A DNA stretch of 64,000 bases, from the NCBI GenBank assembly GCA_009914755.4, contig CP068257.2, forward strand, positions 36,256,001 through 36,320,000, written 5' to 3'. The notes below the pieces were generated by a model, which was not told the origin of the DNA, ran no database searches, and saw nothing but the letters and a program-made list of their open reading frames with translations. This document shows positions 1 through 12,827 of the stretch, one piece after another. The stretch is from the human T2T-CHM13v2.0 reference genome, Homo sapiens. Numbering within the stretch: the first letter of the stretch is position 1; every line of letters begins with the position of its first letter. The translations under genes were made by a program, and so were the position numbers.

Positions 1-222
1 GAATAGGTGACTGATGATCATGGCTTAATAACACTCATTTGCTTCACCTAACTGCACTCCCAAGGCTCTTTGCCCAACCTTCTGATCATAACTTTGCTCC
101 CTCAATCAATTTTTCTCCCAATAGTGATGTTTCCTAAGTTGGCTTTGTGGTTTATGTATCAGTCTTCTGTGAGTTTAGTTCATGTGAATCTGCACCTCCA
201 AGATCAATACTCTCTATAGGCC

Positions 223-583
223 TGATATGGTTTGACTGTGTCCCCACCCGAATCTCATCTTGAATTGTAATCCCCATAATCCTCACATGTCATGGGAGGG
301 AACTGGTTGGAGGTAATTGAACCATGGGGTCAGTTTCCCCCATGCTGTTCTCATGATAGTGTGTTCTTATGAGATCTGCTGGTTTTATGAGCATCTGACA
401 TTTCCCCTGCTGTCACTCATTCTCTCTCTTGCCGAACTGTGAAGAGGTGCCTTCCACCATGATTGTAAGTTTCCTGAGGCCTCCCCAGCCATGTGGAACT
501 GTCAGTCAATTATACCTCATTCCTTTATAAATTACCCAGTCTCAGGTATTTCTTCATAGCAACGTTGAGAACAGACTAATAAT
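223..583 (+). mobile_element. MaLR-family solo LTR (THE1/MST-like)
   Basis: Begins TGATATGGTTTGACTGTGTCCCCACCCGAATCTCATCTTGAATTGTAAT and ends ...CATTCCTTTATAAATTACCCAGTCTCAGGTATTTCTTCATAGCAACGTTGAGAACAGACTAAT, matching the remembered THE1/MST LTR consensus head and tail. Confidence 0.75.
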
Positions 584-3500
584 GTCAAGGCCCTTGACAA
601 AGCCTAGCTGTTTCTCCTGCTGGGCTGAAGGTGAGACTCTGGAACACAGTGACGACTAATCATTACTTGCCAGGCTCACCCAGCACAACATCACCATCCC
701 AGCCATGCATGCGCTGTAGTCGTTTCTTATTAATATCATAACACTGAGACTGCCAACGATGGCTGTCATTGATTCCAGCTTACCACATGCCAAGCACGTT
801 ACGCGAATCCTTGCAGTAAATCCTCACAGTGACTCTATGGGCAGATACCATTATTGGTGTTAGTTTACAGAGGAGAAAACTGAGACTAAACCAGGTGAAT
901 AACTTTTCCAAAGATCTCATCACTGGTGGCCAATGGGGATAACTGGATTGAGGCCAGGCAGACTAGTGCAGTCAGTGTACCTAACCGTCCATTGACCTGA
1001 TCTCTTAAACCAGCTCTCTAAACACACCAACCACAACTAGCTGAGCATTGCTAGCAGTGTGCATACTCGTCTAGGCTTGGTGTCTTTTCATTGACCCTAA
1101 TCTATAAGTGTTTCTGCACTGAAAAGCCTTTTTTAGAACCCACTATGTAGGACTAGAAATAGAAATATGAGCAAATTATTGACTTTCTCACTCTCCCTGT
1201 TCTCTCTTCTTAAACCTCCAGCATCTTCTCCCCATCCTCACTCTTAGCTGAAGACACAGCTTCCACCTTCACCAAGAAATCTGTCACCATTACAAGGGAA
1301 CATCCACAAACTACCAGATCACATCTATCCACGCTTCCACTTGTACCTTTTATCCCTCCCTTTTGCCCTCTACTGGACAGCATTGCTCAGCATTTACCTC
1401 ATTCCTCAGCATTTTTCCAGTCCTTCCCATCAGCTGTTACCACTCCACCCTGCAAAGAAAACTGTGTCTTATCTCCACTCCCTCTTCAACTTCTATCTCC
1501 ATTTCTCTGCTCACTTTCACAGCAGAACTCCTTAGAAAACTCGGCCATACTTGCTTTTCCCATTTCCTCTGCCTCCATCTCTCTTAAACTCATCCTAATC
1601 AGGGGTTCACCCTCTCCCTTCCCTGCTCCCTGGAAGCTGCTCCTGTCTGGGCCCGCAGTAGCACCCAGCCCAATGGATGTCATCACTGGGGGAGGAGGCC
1701 TGTCTTGCTGGCCCATCAGCCGCAGGCCACACCTGATCATCCCTCCCCCTTGAAACGTCACTTTCACTTGGTCTCTCACCAACTCCTCTTTTCTTTTTCC
1801 TTTTCTTTGCTGGTTTCTCACTATTTGGGATGCCCCAGGGCTCACTAGGACATGTTCTCTTCTCTATCCTCATTCTCATTTTCAATACCCAGTGGCCAGA
1901 TTTATTATCTCCAGCCCTTGAACTCCAGACTCATATAACAGACTGACAGCTTGACTTCTCCATTTGGATGTCTAATAAATATCTCAAAATTCACCTGACC
2001 AAAACTGAACTTTGATACTAGTCTGGATTTAATGTCATTTAATTTATCCCAAATTATAAGTATTTATGCATTCAAAAGTCTTTCTGATGAACCCACTCTG
2101 TAAGGTCTAAGGATAGAAAGATGAACAAATTATTCACTGTCCCACTCAGCCACACCCACGCCTACACTCAGCTGTCCTCAGGGCTCTCTGATGAACACTG
2201 GGAGGAATGATGGGAGGGTGACAATGCCTTCTTCCATTTGCTCAGGCCTCAACCTTAGAGTCACTATGTCTGTCCCTTTTCTGTGACAGTTCACATTCAA
2301 TCTCTTAGAAAGCCCTTTAAACACATTCACAATCCAAGCACGGCTCCACCTCCACCACTGCCACCCTCCTGACCCAAGCCACCATCTCTGCAATGACCTG
2401 ACTGGCCTCTCTGTGTCCACTGCTGTGCCCTGCAAAACTATTCTCAGCACAGCAAGCCACGGTAGTCCTTTCAAAACATAAGTCAGATTCTGGCAGTTCT
2501 GCTCCAAACCTCTTTCTCTCAACAAAGCCAGAGTCACTCTATGCCCAGCAGTCTGTTTCCGACGATTGGCGAGGTCCTGAGAGCAGGGCTGTCTCATGGG
2601 GACACATGCTCCTCCCCTGCCCTCAGCCATAAGTGATTCTAGAAATGAATGTGCAAGGCTGGTGGAGCTCTCTCTGGAACACAGTTATCCCCTTCCAGAG
2701 TGAATTATAATTCTCCCCAACAAACAGGCATTATTTTTGTAAAATAAAAAAATCTTATTTTAAAAAAGAATTGAAAAGCAGAAGCCTTCCAGGACTTGAA
2801 CCACAGTTGGCCTATTCCCTCTCTCCCCAGCACAGTGCTTAGCGGGGAGCCTCCACCTTTCCTATGAATTCAAAATGCCAAGCTCGCCCATCCTGCTTCC
2901 TCCTCCCCCTTCTTCCCAGTGCTTTTTGACCCCAAGCCAACCTGGAGAGCCAGAGGTGGGGACAGAGTGAGCAGCCAGGGCGCTAATCTTCCTGGGGGCC
3001 AGGTCACAGGAGGCTCCTGGCTTCTACCCTAGGGTTCCTCGGGGTTTAATTGCTGGTGGTTTTATGCTTCTGAAGCTGCTGCAGGATGTGCAGCTGCAAA
3101 CAGCTTACTGTTTCGATTTTCCCTTATTGCTGGCCTCACACTTCAATACTTATGTGAAACTTAAAAGTAATTTTCTCTTTGAACCAGGCTCAGAAGGTAG
3201 AAGGAAAACCATGGCCTTTTCCACAGCAGCCATCTCAGGGTCAGTGACTATCAGTGCCCACAAACCCGGCCTCCAGAAAATGGAACTCTTGTGCTAGTCT
3301 GCAGGTGTTTCCATACAAGGAACACCTCCGGTGGGCCTCTCAGCCCCTCATTTATTCTTTTAGTACTAAATAATTCAGGGCTCTAACAGCGTTGGAGGGT
3401 GGCTTATAAAGTTGAAAAGTAATTTGTAAAGATCTGCAAGTTTTGACTCTGTGTTGAGCTTTGAAATAATGAAGAATCAATGGGGACCATCGATAGTATT

Positions 3501-3769
3501 AGCCAACATTTAATGGGCTCAGAACCAGCTATATAATTTGTGGGGCCTAGTGTAAAACAAAAATGCAGGGCCCTTTGTGCAAAAATTGTTACAAATTTCA
3601 AGACAATGATGGCAGAGCATTAAATCAAGCATGGGGCCTTCTGAGCATGGGGTCCTGTGCAACTGCCTTGGTGGCAGGCCTGTGTCTGGGCACAGGCTGT
3701 GCCAGGCTCTAAGGTACACACTGGACCTGGCCGTCTCATTTCACACTCACCAGACACTTTGGGACAGAC

Positions 3770-3905
3770 ACCCATAATATTCCCATTTTACAGATGAGCT
3801 AACTGACGGTTTCAGAGGTTAAGTAACTTGCCAAAAGTCACCCAATTAACAAAAAAGAGAGCCAGGATTCAAATCCAGGTAGTCTGATCCCTAGAGAAGC
3901 CGTCC
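3770..3905 (+). mobile_element. MIR (mammalian-wide interspersed repeat) SINE fragment
   Basis: TTCCCATTTTACAGATGAGCTAACTGACGGTTTCAGAGGTTAAGTAACTTGCCAAAAGTCACCCAATTAAC...GCCAGGATTCAAATCCAGGTAGTCTGATCCCTAGAGAAGCCGTCCTC resembles the MIR core and 3' tail consensus. Confidence 0.55.
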
Positions 3906-6900
3906 TCAAAGAGTTATATTTTTAATATTTTTACTATCCATGCTTTCCTATTACAAATAACATTCATTTTTGCATCATCATAGTCATTACTTATCCCAGG
4001 ACATTTGAAAAAATAAGAAAAAGCCTAAAGAAGACAATTAAAATCACCCAAAATAATGATATCAGTGCATATATGTTCTGTCCTTTTTTCAAAGTATATT
4101 TTATATACAAAACAAATTTATGTTATATATGTATATATGAAATATATATATAAATTAAACACCTCATTTACAGCATTGCATGTCTTTAGGTTGAGAGTTG
4201 AACAAACAGGCTCACTATGAAACATACGTGGGTGGATCCATGTAGACAGGCTGGAAAACCCAGCAACAATTGGACAAGTTGGCCAAGTCCAAGTTCAGAG
4301 GGGCTGTGGGGATAATGTAATACATGAAATCACATACTTTGAAGTAGAAGCAACATTAAACCTGAGGCAAGACCTGAGGCAAGCTTGCTTCAACCACCCA
4401 AAAAATCATGGACTGCCAGTGCTCAAAGAGTGAAGAGTCCCCTGTAAATATCTGTAGCTTCACTATTTAGTTTTTCTTGTGGGGTCCAAGTCAGAATAAA
4501 CTTAACATTTTTATTACTATGAGTCATGTTCCAAAGTGCCCTGCCCTTGAGTTGATGTCGAATGGTTTTACAAGTTTTTTGTACCTGGATGTCATTGAAA
4601 CACTATTTGCATGTGCTATAGTGAACCCAGAATGGTGGGATTAAGTTAAAAAAGGCAAACCCACCAACGCCTAATTGGGGAAATAGCAAACTCTGATTTA
4701 ATCACAGTGATAAAATAAAAATCCACCCTCTCACCTTTTCTCCCCAGGTCTCTCCTGATAACTCTGAAAGTCTAAAACAGCAGTACCATTCTTCCCTGCC
4801 AAAGGTATTATCTGCAGTTTCTACCATGAAATACACAGGTCAACAGTTGGTAGGAAAACTGACCGCATGAGAACATTCCTGCAGTTTTTATCTAATGATG
4901 TTGAAACAGCTCTCTGCAGGATGTGCAGAGGGAAAGAATCACTGATCTGTGAGATGCTTCTTCCCTCAAACAGAAAAACTTGAGTGTCAAGTATAAAATC
5001 CAGATGAACAAGTTGCTTTCCAAATAAAAGGAAAAGAGCTGGAATATTCTGTTAATGCATCAAACCTAATGTGGAGTAAATGACATTAAATCTTGGCTAG
5101 GCTAACAGGCCACCGAGATTTAGACCTGCAGGCTAAGTTGGCTCTTCCTTATGGAAGGCAGAACAGAAATACTGCTGCTCAACGTGTATTTCCCCACCTA
5201 CAGTCGGATCGGCCACAGGTGGCCTTTGAGGACACTTGTCCCTCTCACTTCTTCCTCTCCAGAGGCTGATTTCCTGGGACTGTGGATTTGAACACTCCAT
5301 TGTTTTAGTTGGAACTTAATAGAATACCAGGTTTCAGAACAAAAGTGGGTGTATATTGTCTGTCTCTTTTTCTGGCGCATGCCGGAAGTTCATACACTTA
5401 ATTTATTTGACATTTTGCAAGATAAAGCACAAGTTGGAGAAGAGAAAATTCAAGAGAAAGAAAAGGCATCATAAGACTTTTCTTAAAGAAAGTGTATGTC
5501 AAAGAAATGACTTAATTCTGAGAGTACACTCCATAGGAATGGATGACTAAATGGTTTCATTTAGAGACAGCTCTTTTTGTGAGTTTCTGTCCTCTATCAA
5601 TCTGCACGGTGGAAACAATAAGCACTGAGCTTTGAACAACCAAGGTTTGAGGGAGAAAACACAGTAAAATGCTAGTTTCAAAATAAGTAATCTTCAAGCA
5701 TAATTGAATTATTCCTGAGCATGGAGTTGTAATGTCATATCCCATTGTGACTACTGCTGCATTTGTGGGATTTTTTTTTTTTAAAGAATTACCTTCTTTA
5801 GAGAGGAACAGAGATAATAAGTATTTTTTATCAATATCCTCATATTCAACCTCTTTCCCTAAACTGTGAATTGAAATTCTAAGCAAATAGCTTTGCAGAA
5901 TTGCAATGATTTGCTTAGCAGTGTTCTGAGTTAGGCAAGTAGTGAAACCAGCTCAGCACAGCAACTGCTTTCTAGGCATCCCTGTGGTGGGCCAGCCTGC
6001 CCTTCCAGCAGGCTTGCAGGTCTACCAGCCTCCTGTTACCAAGTCCAGCCCAGCCCTATGGCAAGAAACCAGGACTGGCATGAAAGATGGAAGAGCTTAG
6101 CATGAGGCCTTACCAGCACCAGAAAGTAGGAAACTTGTGTGCTCCAAGCATGCGCTTCTTTTTGCCCGGTTGAAATTTGATCAAGGTACCAAATGTGTCT
6201 AACATACTATGTCTACCACTGAATCACAAAGGGAAAAATACAGGTGGGGCTGGGTGGGGAAAGAGGGTCCGGGAGGGAAAGGTAGAGCGGTATGTGGGAG
6301 GGGGACAGGGCCATGTGACGACCAGCACTCACCCCCACTGGAAGGCTGTCTGCCTTGTCACATGCTTGCTGTGAAAATGGCGATCCCGTGTGATGTTCCT
6401 GATAGACCAACACCACAGAGTTTCACAATTATTTGTGCGTATGCCTGAATCCAGTACTAGACTGTGACCTTCTTGAGGGCAGGGACCGTGTATTGATCAT
6501 CATTCACGCCTGCATATGGCTCTTCAGGGAGGTTTGTAAAGGAGATGATTGAGAAAGACCATAGGAATCTATCCTCAACAGCAAGTCAATGCAACAGACG
6601 GTGATCTTGCTATGATCTGGCTAGGTGCCAAGTACAGTAGTGAGCTGAGTACTGAGTAATGGGAGTGGTCATGCATGAGACATATTCCCTTCCCCCAAAT
6701 TGCTCAGTGTCTAGATAGGGCCATGGCAGGTTTATGACTAACTCCATAGAGAATTTGTACAGGTCAGGATGTTAGCTGAAATTGACTCTGAGGACAGGGA
6801 AAGGCGGTGTGAAATGCCTCCAGAACAAAGGTGGGTTGCATTTACTGGACCCCCTGCAGCACGTATGCTCCCACTGGATTCCTAGTGATGCTCCAGCACT

Positions 6901-7218
6901 AAACTTGTGATTATGAGGCTTCTCTGCACTGGAAAAAGGCAGCTCAGTGGGCAGAGTGGTAAGGGGGTTGGCTATGACCTATACTGGCTACTCCCAGCTC
7001 CATCCCTGCGTGAGTGATATCCAGGACTACACTAAGTTCACTGTGCCTCAGTTCATCCGAGATCATGTCCAGGTACAGAGGAAGGCCTATTTGCCCAAAA
7101 TAACATTGCTCTCTTCCCCAGCTGAAGACTGGGTCCTGTTTGTTTCTAGGGTTACAGACAAAGTAAAATTATGGAACTTGCCAGGTATCAGGAAAAACTC
7201 AATGTCTGCCTTGAAATG

Positions 7219-7220
<2 letters not shown>

Positions 7221-7256
<36 letters not shown>

Positions 7257-7286
7257 CAGAGAGAGAGAGAGACAGAGAGAGAGACA
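7221..7286. repeat. Compound microsatellite (GT)~18 followed by (GA)n interrupted by CA
   Basis: Direct reading: gtgtgt...gtgtgacagagagagagagagacagagagagagac. Confidence 0.95.
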
Positions 7287-7475
7287 TGCATGTCGGATTG
7301 GGAGGAGAGATGGTTCCAGGTTGGATAAAAATATTTTCCAAAAAGAATCTTGGATTTGAAGGTGGCCTGTTATTTTCTATAGGGTCCAAAACGGAAGCAA
7401 AAAAACCCTTTGACTCACCTATAGGTTTTTATAGAAATTTACACCTAATTTCTTATTTCAAATGGATGAAATGTT

Positions 7476-7770
7476 GGCTGGGCATGGTGGCTCACACTGT
7501 AATCCCAGCACTTTGGGAAGCTGAGGCAGGTGGATCATTTGAGGTCAGGAAGTCGAGACCAGCCTGGCCAACATGGTGAAACCCGGCTCTAAAAATACAA
7601 AAAAAAAAAAAAATTAGCCGAGTATGATTGATAATTACAGGTGGCAGGCACCTATAATCCCAGTTACTCGGGAGACTGAGGCAGGAGAATTGCTTGAACC
7701 CAGGAGGGAGAGGTTGCAGTGATCCGAGATTGCACCTGGGTGACACAGCAAGACTCCGTCTCAAAAAAGA
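7476..7770 (+). mobile_element. Alu element (AluS-like), full length with an enlarged A-rich middle linker
   Basis: GGCTGGGCATGGTGGCTCACACTGTAATCCCAGCACTTTGGGAAGCTGAGGCAGGTGGATCA...GAGACCAGCCTGGCCAACATGGTGAAACCC...TGCACCTGGGTGACACAGCAAGACTCCGTCTCAAAAAAGA. Confidence 0.9.
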
Positions 7771-8968
7771 ACAAAATGTGCATTGTCCAGGAAAAAAGGA
7801 GTCACAACAGCTTTTGTCAAGCACATTGTACACCACCTCTCACCTCTGCAGAGAAACATTGGAATTTAGTCCTGGTTTGGGGGAAACTCAGACTCTCGCA
7901 TCTACAAAGGGCATGGGCCATGCCAGGGCTATGGGCCAAACTCACTATCTTCTTCCCACTCAAGTGAAGGAGGGAAGTGGGGAATGCTCCTCTGTAAGAT
8001 CCCCAAACAAAGAAGTCCTGATTGATAAAACGGCAGGGATGGGAGCCTCAGAAAATGGGATTCCCAAGAGTGAGGGAGGAAGAAGGAAGTGCACAGTCAA
8101 GCAAGGGTTAATCAGACGGCTTTGCATTTTCTGTTATTGCATTTTCTGTTACCGCCCTTCAAAGGTTAATAGATGGGCCATAACAAAGGACTTCCTCAGG
8201 AATACATTTAGGAAATTTTGGGATCAACAAAGTAAGTGTTTTTATCCAGGGCTTTCCAGGCGTGAAGCATATTTCCCAAGCTGGCTTGACATCAGAGTCT
8301 TTTTAGTGGAAGACCTATTGACAACTCACGGATCTCATCCTCCAAGGAAAACAGATGAGAACCCTGCTCTAGGTTGTCAGAAGGCAAACTTCAAAAGAAT
8401 TCAGAGAACATGTGGATAAGAGCCCATGGATAGAGTTGGCTCAGGAGGGATGGGAGGATCTGAAAATTAAAATCTGACAAGAAAAGCTCAAAGGGCACAG
8501 AAGAGGCAGAAGGGCAAGGCAACTCAAGTCAAGACTGCCCATGACAACTTGAGCTGATGCAGACGTGGAGAGTCTGGAGGCAGGCAGGCAACCTTCCCTC
8601 TGTGCTTTTTTTTCAGGGGTTCACTAAATATTTATTGAGCCTATTTTCTGTATCAGGGGCTGAGCCTAGCACAAGCTGGGATGCACCCAAAGGAAGGCAG
8701 TCAGGAGTGGAAAGTTCCGGGATTCTGATGTGGAGAAAGTTGTAGAAAGTAAATATATTTAGTCTGTGTCTTAGTCATCTCGGGCTACCATAACAAAATA
8801 CAATTGACTGGATGGTTGAAACAACAGACATTTATTTCTCACAGCTCTGGAGGCTGGGAACTCTAAGATGAACTGTTGGCAGGGGTCAGTTCCTGGTAAG
8901 GGCTCCTTTCCTAGCCTATAGATGGGCAGACCTCTTGCTATATCTTCACTTGGCCTTTCCTCTCTGCA

Positions 8969-8992
8969 TGGAGAGAGAGAGAGAGAGAGAGA
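8969..8992. repeat. (GA)n microsatellite
   Basis: ggagagagagagagagagagagaa read directly. Confidence 0.9.
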
Positions 8993-9012
8993 AAGTGCTC
9001 TTCCTCTGCTTC

Positions 9013-9157
9013 TTTTGTTGTTGTTGTTATTGTTGTTTTGAGACAGCATCTTGCTCATGCTGGAGTTCAGTGGCACGATCACAGCTCACTATAATCTCCA
9101 ACTCCTGGGCACAAGGGAGCCTCCCATGTTGACCTTCCAAAGTGCCGGGATTACAAG
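9013..9157 (-). mobile_element. Truncated Alu / Alu-derived fragment
   Basis: (TTG)n/T-rich leader then GAGACAGCATCTTGCTCATGCTGGAGTTCAGTGGCACGATCACAGCTCACT...CCTTCCAAAGTGCCGGGATTACAAG, the reverse complement of Alu right-arm and left-arm segments. Confidence 0.75.
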
Positions 9158-10380
9158 TATGAGTCTCCACCTCTTCTTCCTCGTCTTCTAAGACCACCTA
9201 TCCTATTGCCCTCATGATGGGCCCCACCTTCATTACCTTATCTAATCCTAAATACCTCCCAAAGTTCTCATCTCCAAATGCCACCACGCTGGGGGTTAGG
9301 GCTTCATCATATAAACCTTGTGGGGACATGAACATTCAGTCTACAGCAGTCTGTAGACAAAAGGACAGCTGGGTCCTGACAGTTGCCTTCAGGTGGACAG
9401 TAAATAGGGCAGTGCTAAGACCAACAGGAGGAAATTTGTGACCAGAGACTTGGGGGTCTCACAGCTAAAGCTGCTTAAACATTATAGGGCTTCTGTGTTA
9501 GGTAGCAAGTGCCCTGTCTTTGGAAGCATCCAAGCAGGGGCTGGCAGTTTTCACCTTAAGGTTGTTACAAGTGGGATTCCTATGGAGGTGAGAATTCAGT
9601 TAGAAGCTCCCAGACCCTCCACTTCTACAGTTTTATGTGGGTTCACTCCATAAGCATTTTCTTCCTTTTTAATTCTCTACTGTGTGCCCAGGATGGTTTT
9701 TCTGTCCTGTTTCCAAAGCAGTGTGAGCAGGAGGAGGTTGTAGCCTTGGGTTGACAGATGAGCGTGCTGGGTATACAATCAATATGTGTGCTCAGAATCC
9801 ACACAACAGGCTTGGGTTTCTTGGTAACAGAAGTGCTGGGGAGATGGGGCTGCTCTATTAAAGTTTAGTTTCATAAACCTTATCCACAGAGGGCGATGAA
9901 AACTACAGCACATGGGCAGGTGGCATCAGGAAACCACTGCATGACTGGGCATGGATTTATTGCACTCTTCAATGCTCCTTTATGTGCCACTTACACGCAG
10001 CAAATACCAGCCCTTCGCCCCCAGCCTTTCCTCTTGCAGGGTCACCCATTAATGGAAGAAGGCAGACAGGTATAACTATGTTTCTTCACTTTGGCCAAAT
10101 TCCTCATGGTTTATAGAAAACAGCAAGAGGTAAGGCTTGTGAGAATGGACAAGCTCCAACTGTGGTGGGAGGCAGGCAGGGACACAGCAGGCCAGTCACC
10201 ACGGGCACTTTTAGTGCATTTGCCATGCCCAGCATCCTATTGCTACTAAATCGACTTAAGCTCGACAAAAATAAAAACAGTCTCTGCCTTACAGGCACTT
10301 TAGAGTTTGCAAACTGCCTTCATGCATGGAATGTTTCATAGGACACAAAGAAAAGGCAGCAATATTATTCCATAGTCATA

Positions 10381-10560
10381 GGGCTTGTGTGTGCGTGAGT
10401 GTGTTGTGTGCAAACAAGTGGGCATGCACATTTGTGTGTGTGTGTGCACTCATGAGTGATAGTGCATGTGTGTGGATGCATGTGTGTATGCTCATGTGCC
10501 TGTGTGTTTGTATGCATATGTGGGTCTGTATGTGCATGTGTATTCACGCGCTTTTACGCC
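10381..10560. repeat. Degenerate GT/GCATGTGTGT-rich purine-pyrimidine alternating tract
   Basis: tgtgtgtgcgtgagtgtgttgtgtgc...tgtgtgtgtgtgtgcact...gcatgtgtgtggatgcatgtgtgtatg... The Cys/His/Val-rich ORFs called on both strands here are artefacts of this tract. Confidence 0.75.
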
Positions 10561-12827
10561 GGTGCAGGCCTTCACTCTAGATAGTAGAAATAAGAGACCT
10601 GAAGTCTAGCTCCCAGCTCTGTCTCCAAGTAGTTGGGTAACCTGGGAGTTGCTTCACCTCCTTATGCCTTTGGCAGTTTTTGCTGAAAATGTAGGCTTGC
10701 CCCAGAATCTAGGAGTTGATAAACTCTTTTCTAGAAAGGGCCAGCTATTAAGTATTTTACTCTTTGCAAGTCCCATGTAGTCTCTGTAATAGTTTTATTT
10801 TCTCCCCAACCTTTTAAAAATGTAAAAGCCATTCTTAGCTCAAGCCTTACAAAAACAAGTGGTCTTGTGGCCCTGGAATAGAGCCTGCAGACCCCTACAG
10901 ATTACCCCTTTTAGCCCCAGCAGGATTGAGCCCCTGCCTAAATGAATGAGTTGTCACTAGCATGCATGCTTCACGTTACTGGGGAGCTTGTCATCTGATG
11001 GTCTTGCTTGACCAAGCACCTAGTGCCAGGTGGGACATGGCTGTGTTTCCAGGTGCCAGGCGGCGGGCACCGTCTTGGCTTCTCTGCCTGGGGGAAGGCT
11101 TATGTAAATGCATTTGAAGTTTCCCTGCTCCCAAAGTCCCGGGCTTCAGAACCAGACAGGCACGGGTCTGAATCCTCATTCTGTCACTTTCTGATTGTTT
11201 AGTGCTTGGAAAGTCATGTCACTACTCTGGAACTTGGACAACTGTGTTCAAAATTGTTCAGATTCCTTTCAGATTTGAAATTGTCAGATTGACTCTTAGT
11301 GATGCTTGACAGTTAAGCATTTTGAATCCCTTGGTAGGTATAAACCTTTAATGTTTGCAGGGGCTAAGAAATAAGTGAGCCCCTGTTGGCTTTCCAGGTT
11401 GGTGACCCCAGAGGACTGGTGTTCAAGGAAGCTGCCTGTTTGCCAGAAGCTGAGCTGCAATCCACAGAGGCATGAATGCTCGTCCACTCACCTGTTCTTC
11501 ATCATGGGATGCATCTGTGGTAAGTCTATGTGTCTCCTGAAAAGTGTTCCAGAAGGTTGGCATCTGTTTAAAAAGTCTAAAGCAATGAAGTCACCTTACT
11601 ACTTTGCTCGTGTAGAAATCTTTCTACTCGGGGAACTGCATGTCAGGATTCTTGATTCTCTAGTATGTCTGGGCCTATAAGCCAGGTGTGTCGTCAGGGC
11701 TCTATGGATGCATTTCCGCACCTCACATCCATCTCACTTAAGAATGCATCAAGTAGCGCAGCAATGGCAGTGCCTTCTGCAGCTTAGAGGGAGGCACAGG
11801 TGTTCACCTTGTTCCTCTCAAGTTCATGGTCATGCTTGCTGGGCTGGCGGGCTACCACGACTGAGACCCTCGTCTCCCTCACTCCTCCTTTCCAGCTTCT
11901 CTCTGCATCTCAGCTTCCTGCCTCCTTTCTGTTTCCATCACAGCCTTCCAGGGAGCATCATCTCTCTGCCCGCATCTGTAGTCTTTTAAAAACTGCTACT
12001 CCATTGTCTACCCTGTTGCTGGGTTAACCTTCCCCAGAAGCCACATTGCCTTCTGCTACCCCAAGTTACCATTTACTCAGAAAACTTTCAGGCCTGCCCA
12101 AAGCCCCAAAGTAAAAGTCAAATTTCACAAAAACTCAGAGTTCCATAGTCTATCTGCCCCCAACCTACCCTTCTATCTTTATCTCAGAATATCTTTATAA
12201 GTAGAGTCACCTGGCTCTCATCCCCAGGGACCTAGGACCACTGGGTCAGGAAGAGGGGCAGACACTGGGCTGAGAGCTGTGGCCTGCAGGAACCCACTGC
12301 TTAAACCAAGCTAGGCTACTTATGGGTCCTAAATAATGTGCGTCTCACTTCTACAGTCAGAATAAAATAATGGAGGGCATTAATTATAAATGACTACCTG
12401 CCCTCCTGCTTCTCAACCTTCTGCTGCAGTTTTCTGCCTCCTTTGCCTTCAATGCTGGTCTAGAGCTTCTTGTTCTCAGAGAAATCTTCTTCCTTTTATC
12501 TCAGCACTTATGGCTGTTATTTCTCTGCCATGCTTTCTGAGCACTGTAGATGGTTCCCTGTGTTGGGATCCATCTGTCTAGCCAGTCCTATCTCATTCTG
12601 TCCATCCTATCCCTGGATTGACTGCACCCTGAGTGCTTGGTGAAGAAACAGGTTAGAATTAATTCTGAACTGAAAATCATTTCCTAGGAAAGGCCACTTC
12701 ATCACATAGCAGGGCTCATGGGGTCCTCTTGGGGGAGGTACAGTGGTGGGGAGCAGAGGAAAGGGTCTGACACAGCCACCTTTGTCAGTATTGCCCCAAA
12801 GCCTGGAAGACATGGACACAGGTGCTT

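Larger units (their letters stand above)
8766..9348 (-). mobile_element. MaLR LTR (MLT1/MST-like), minus orientation, interrupted by a (GA)n tract and an Alu fragment
   Basis: The plus strand shows the reverse complement of the MaLR LTR tail (TGTCTTAGTCATCTCGGGCTACCATAACAAAATAC...CTCACAGCTCTGGAGGCTGGGAACTCTAAG) at the left. On the right is the reverse complement of the LTR head region (...GGGGTTAGGGCTTCATCATATAAACCTTGTGGGGACATGAACATTCAG). Confidence 0.55.

Noticed and set aside
7694-8419. 241-aa plus-strand ORF, the longest in the track
   Set aside because: It starts inside the Alu at 7476-7770 and runs into unique AT-rich DNA. It has no Kozak or splice support. Its composition is ordinary, and it contains the 15-bp tandem duplication TGCATTTTCTGTTAT/TGCATTTTCTGTTAC at 8123-8152. 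It is most likely a chance ORF.
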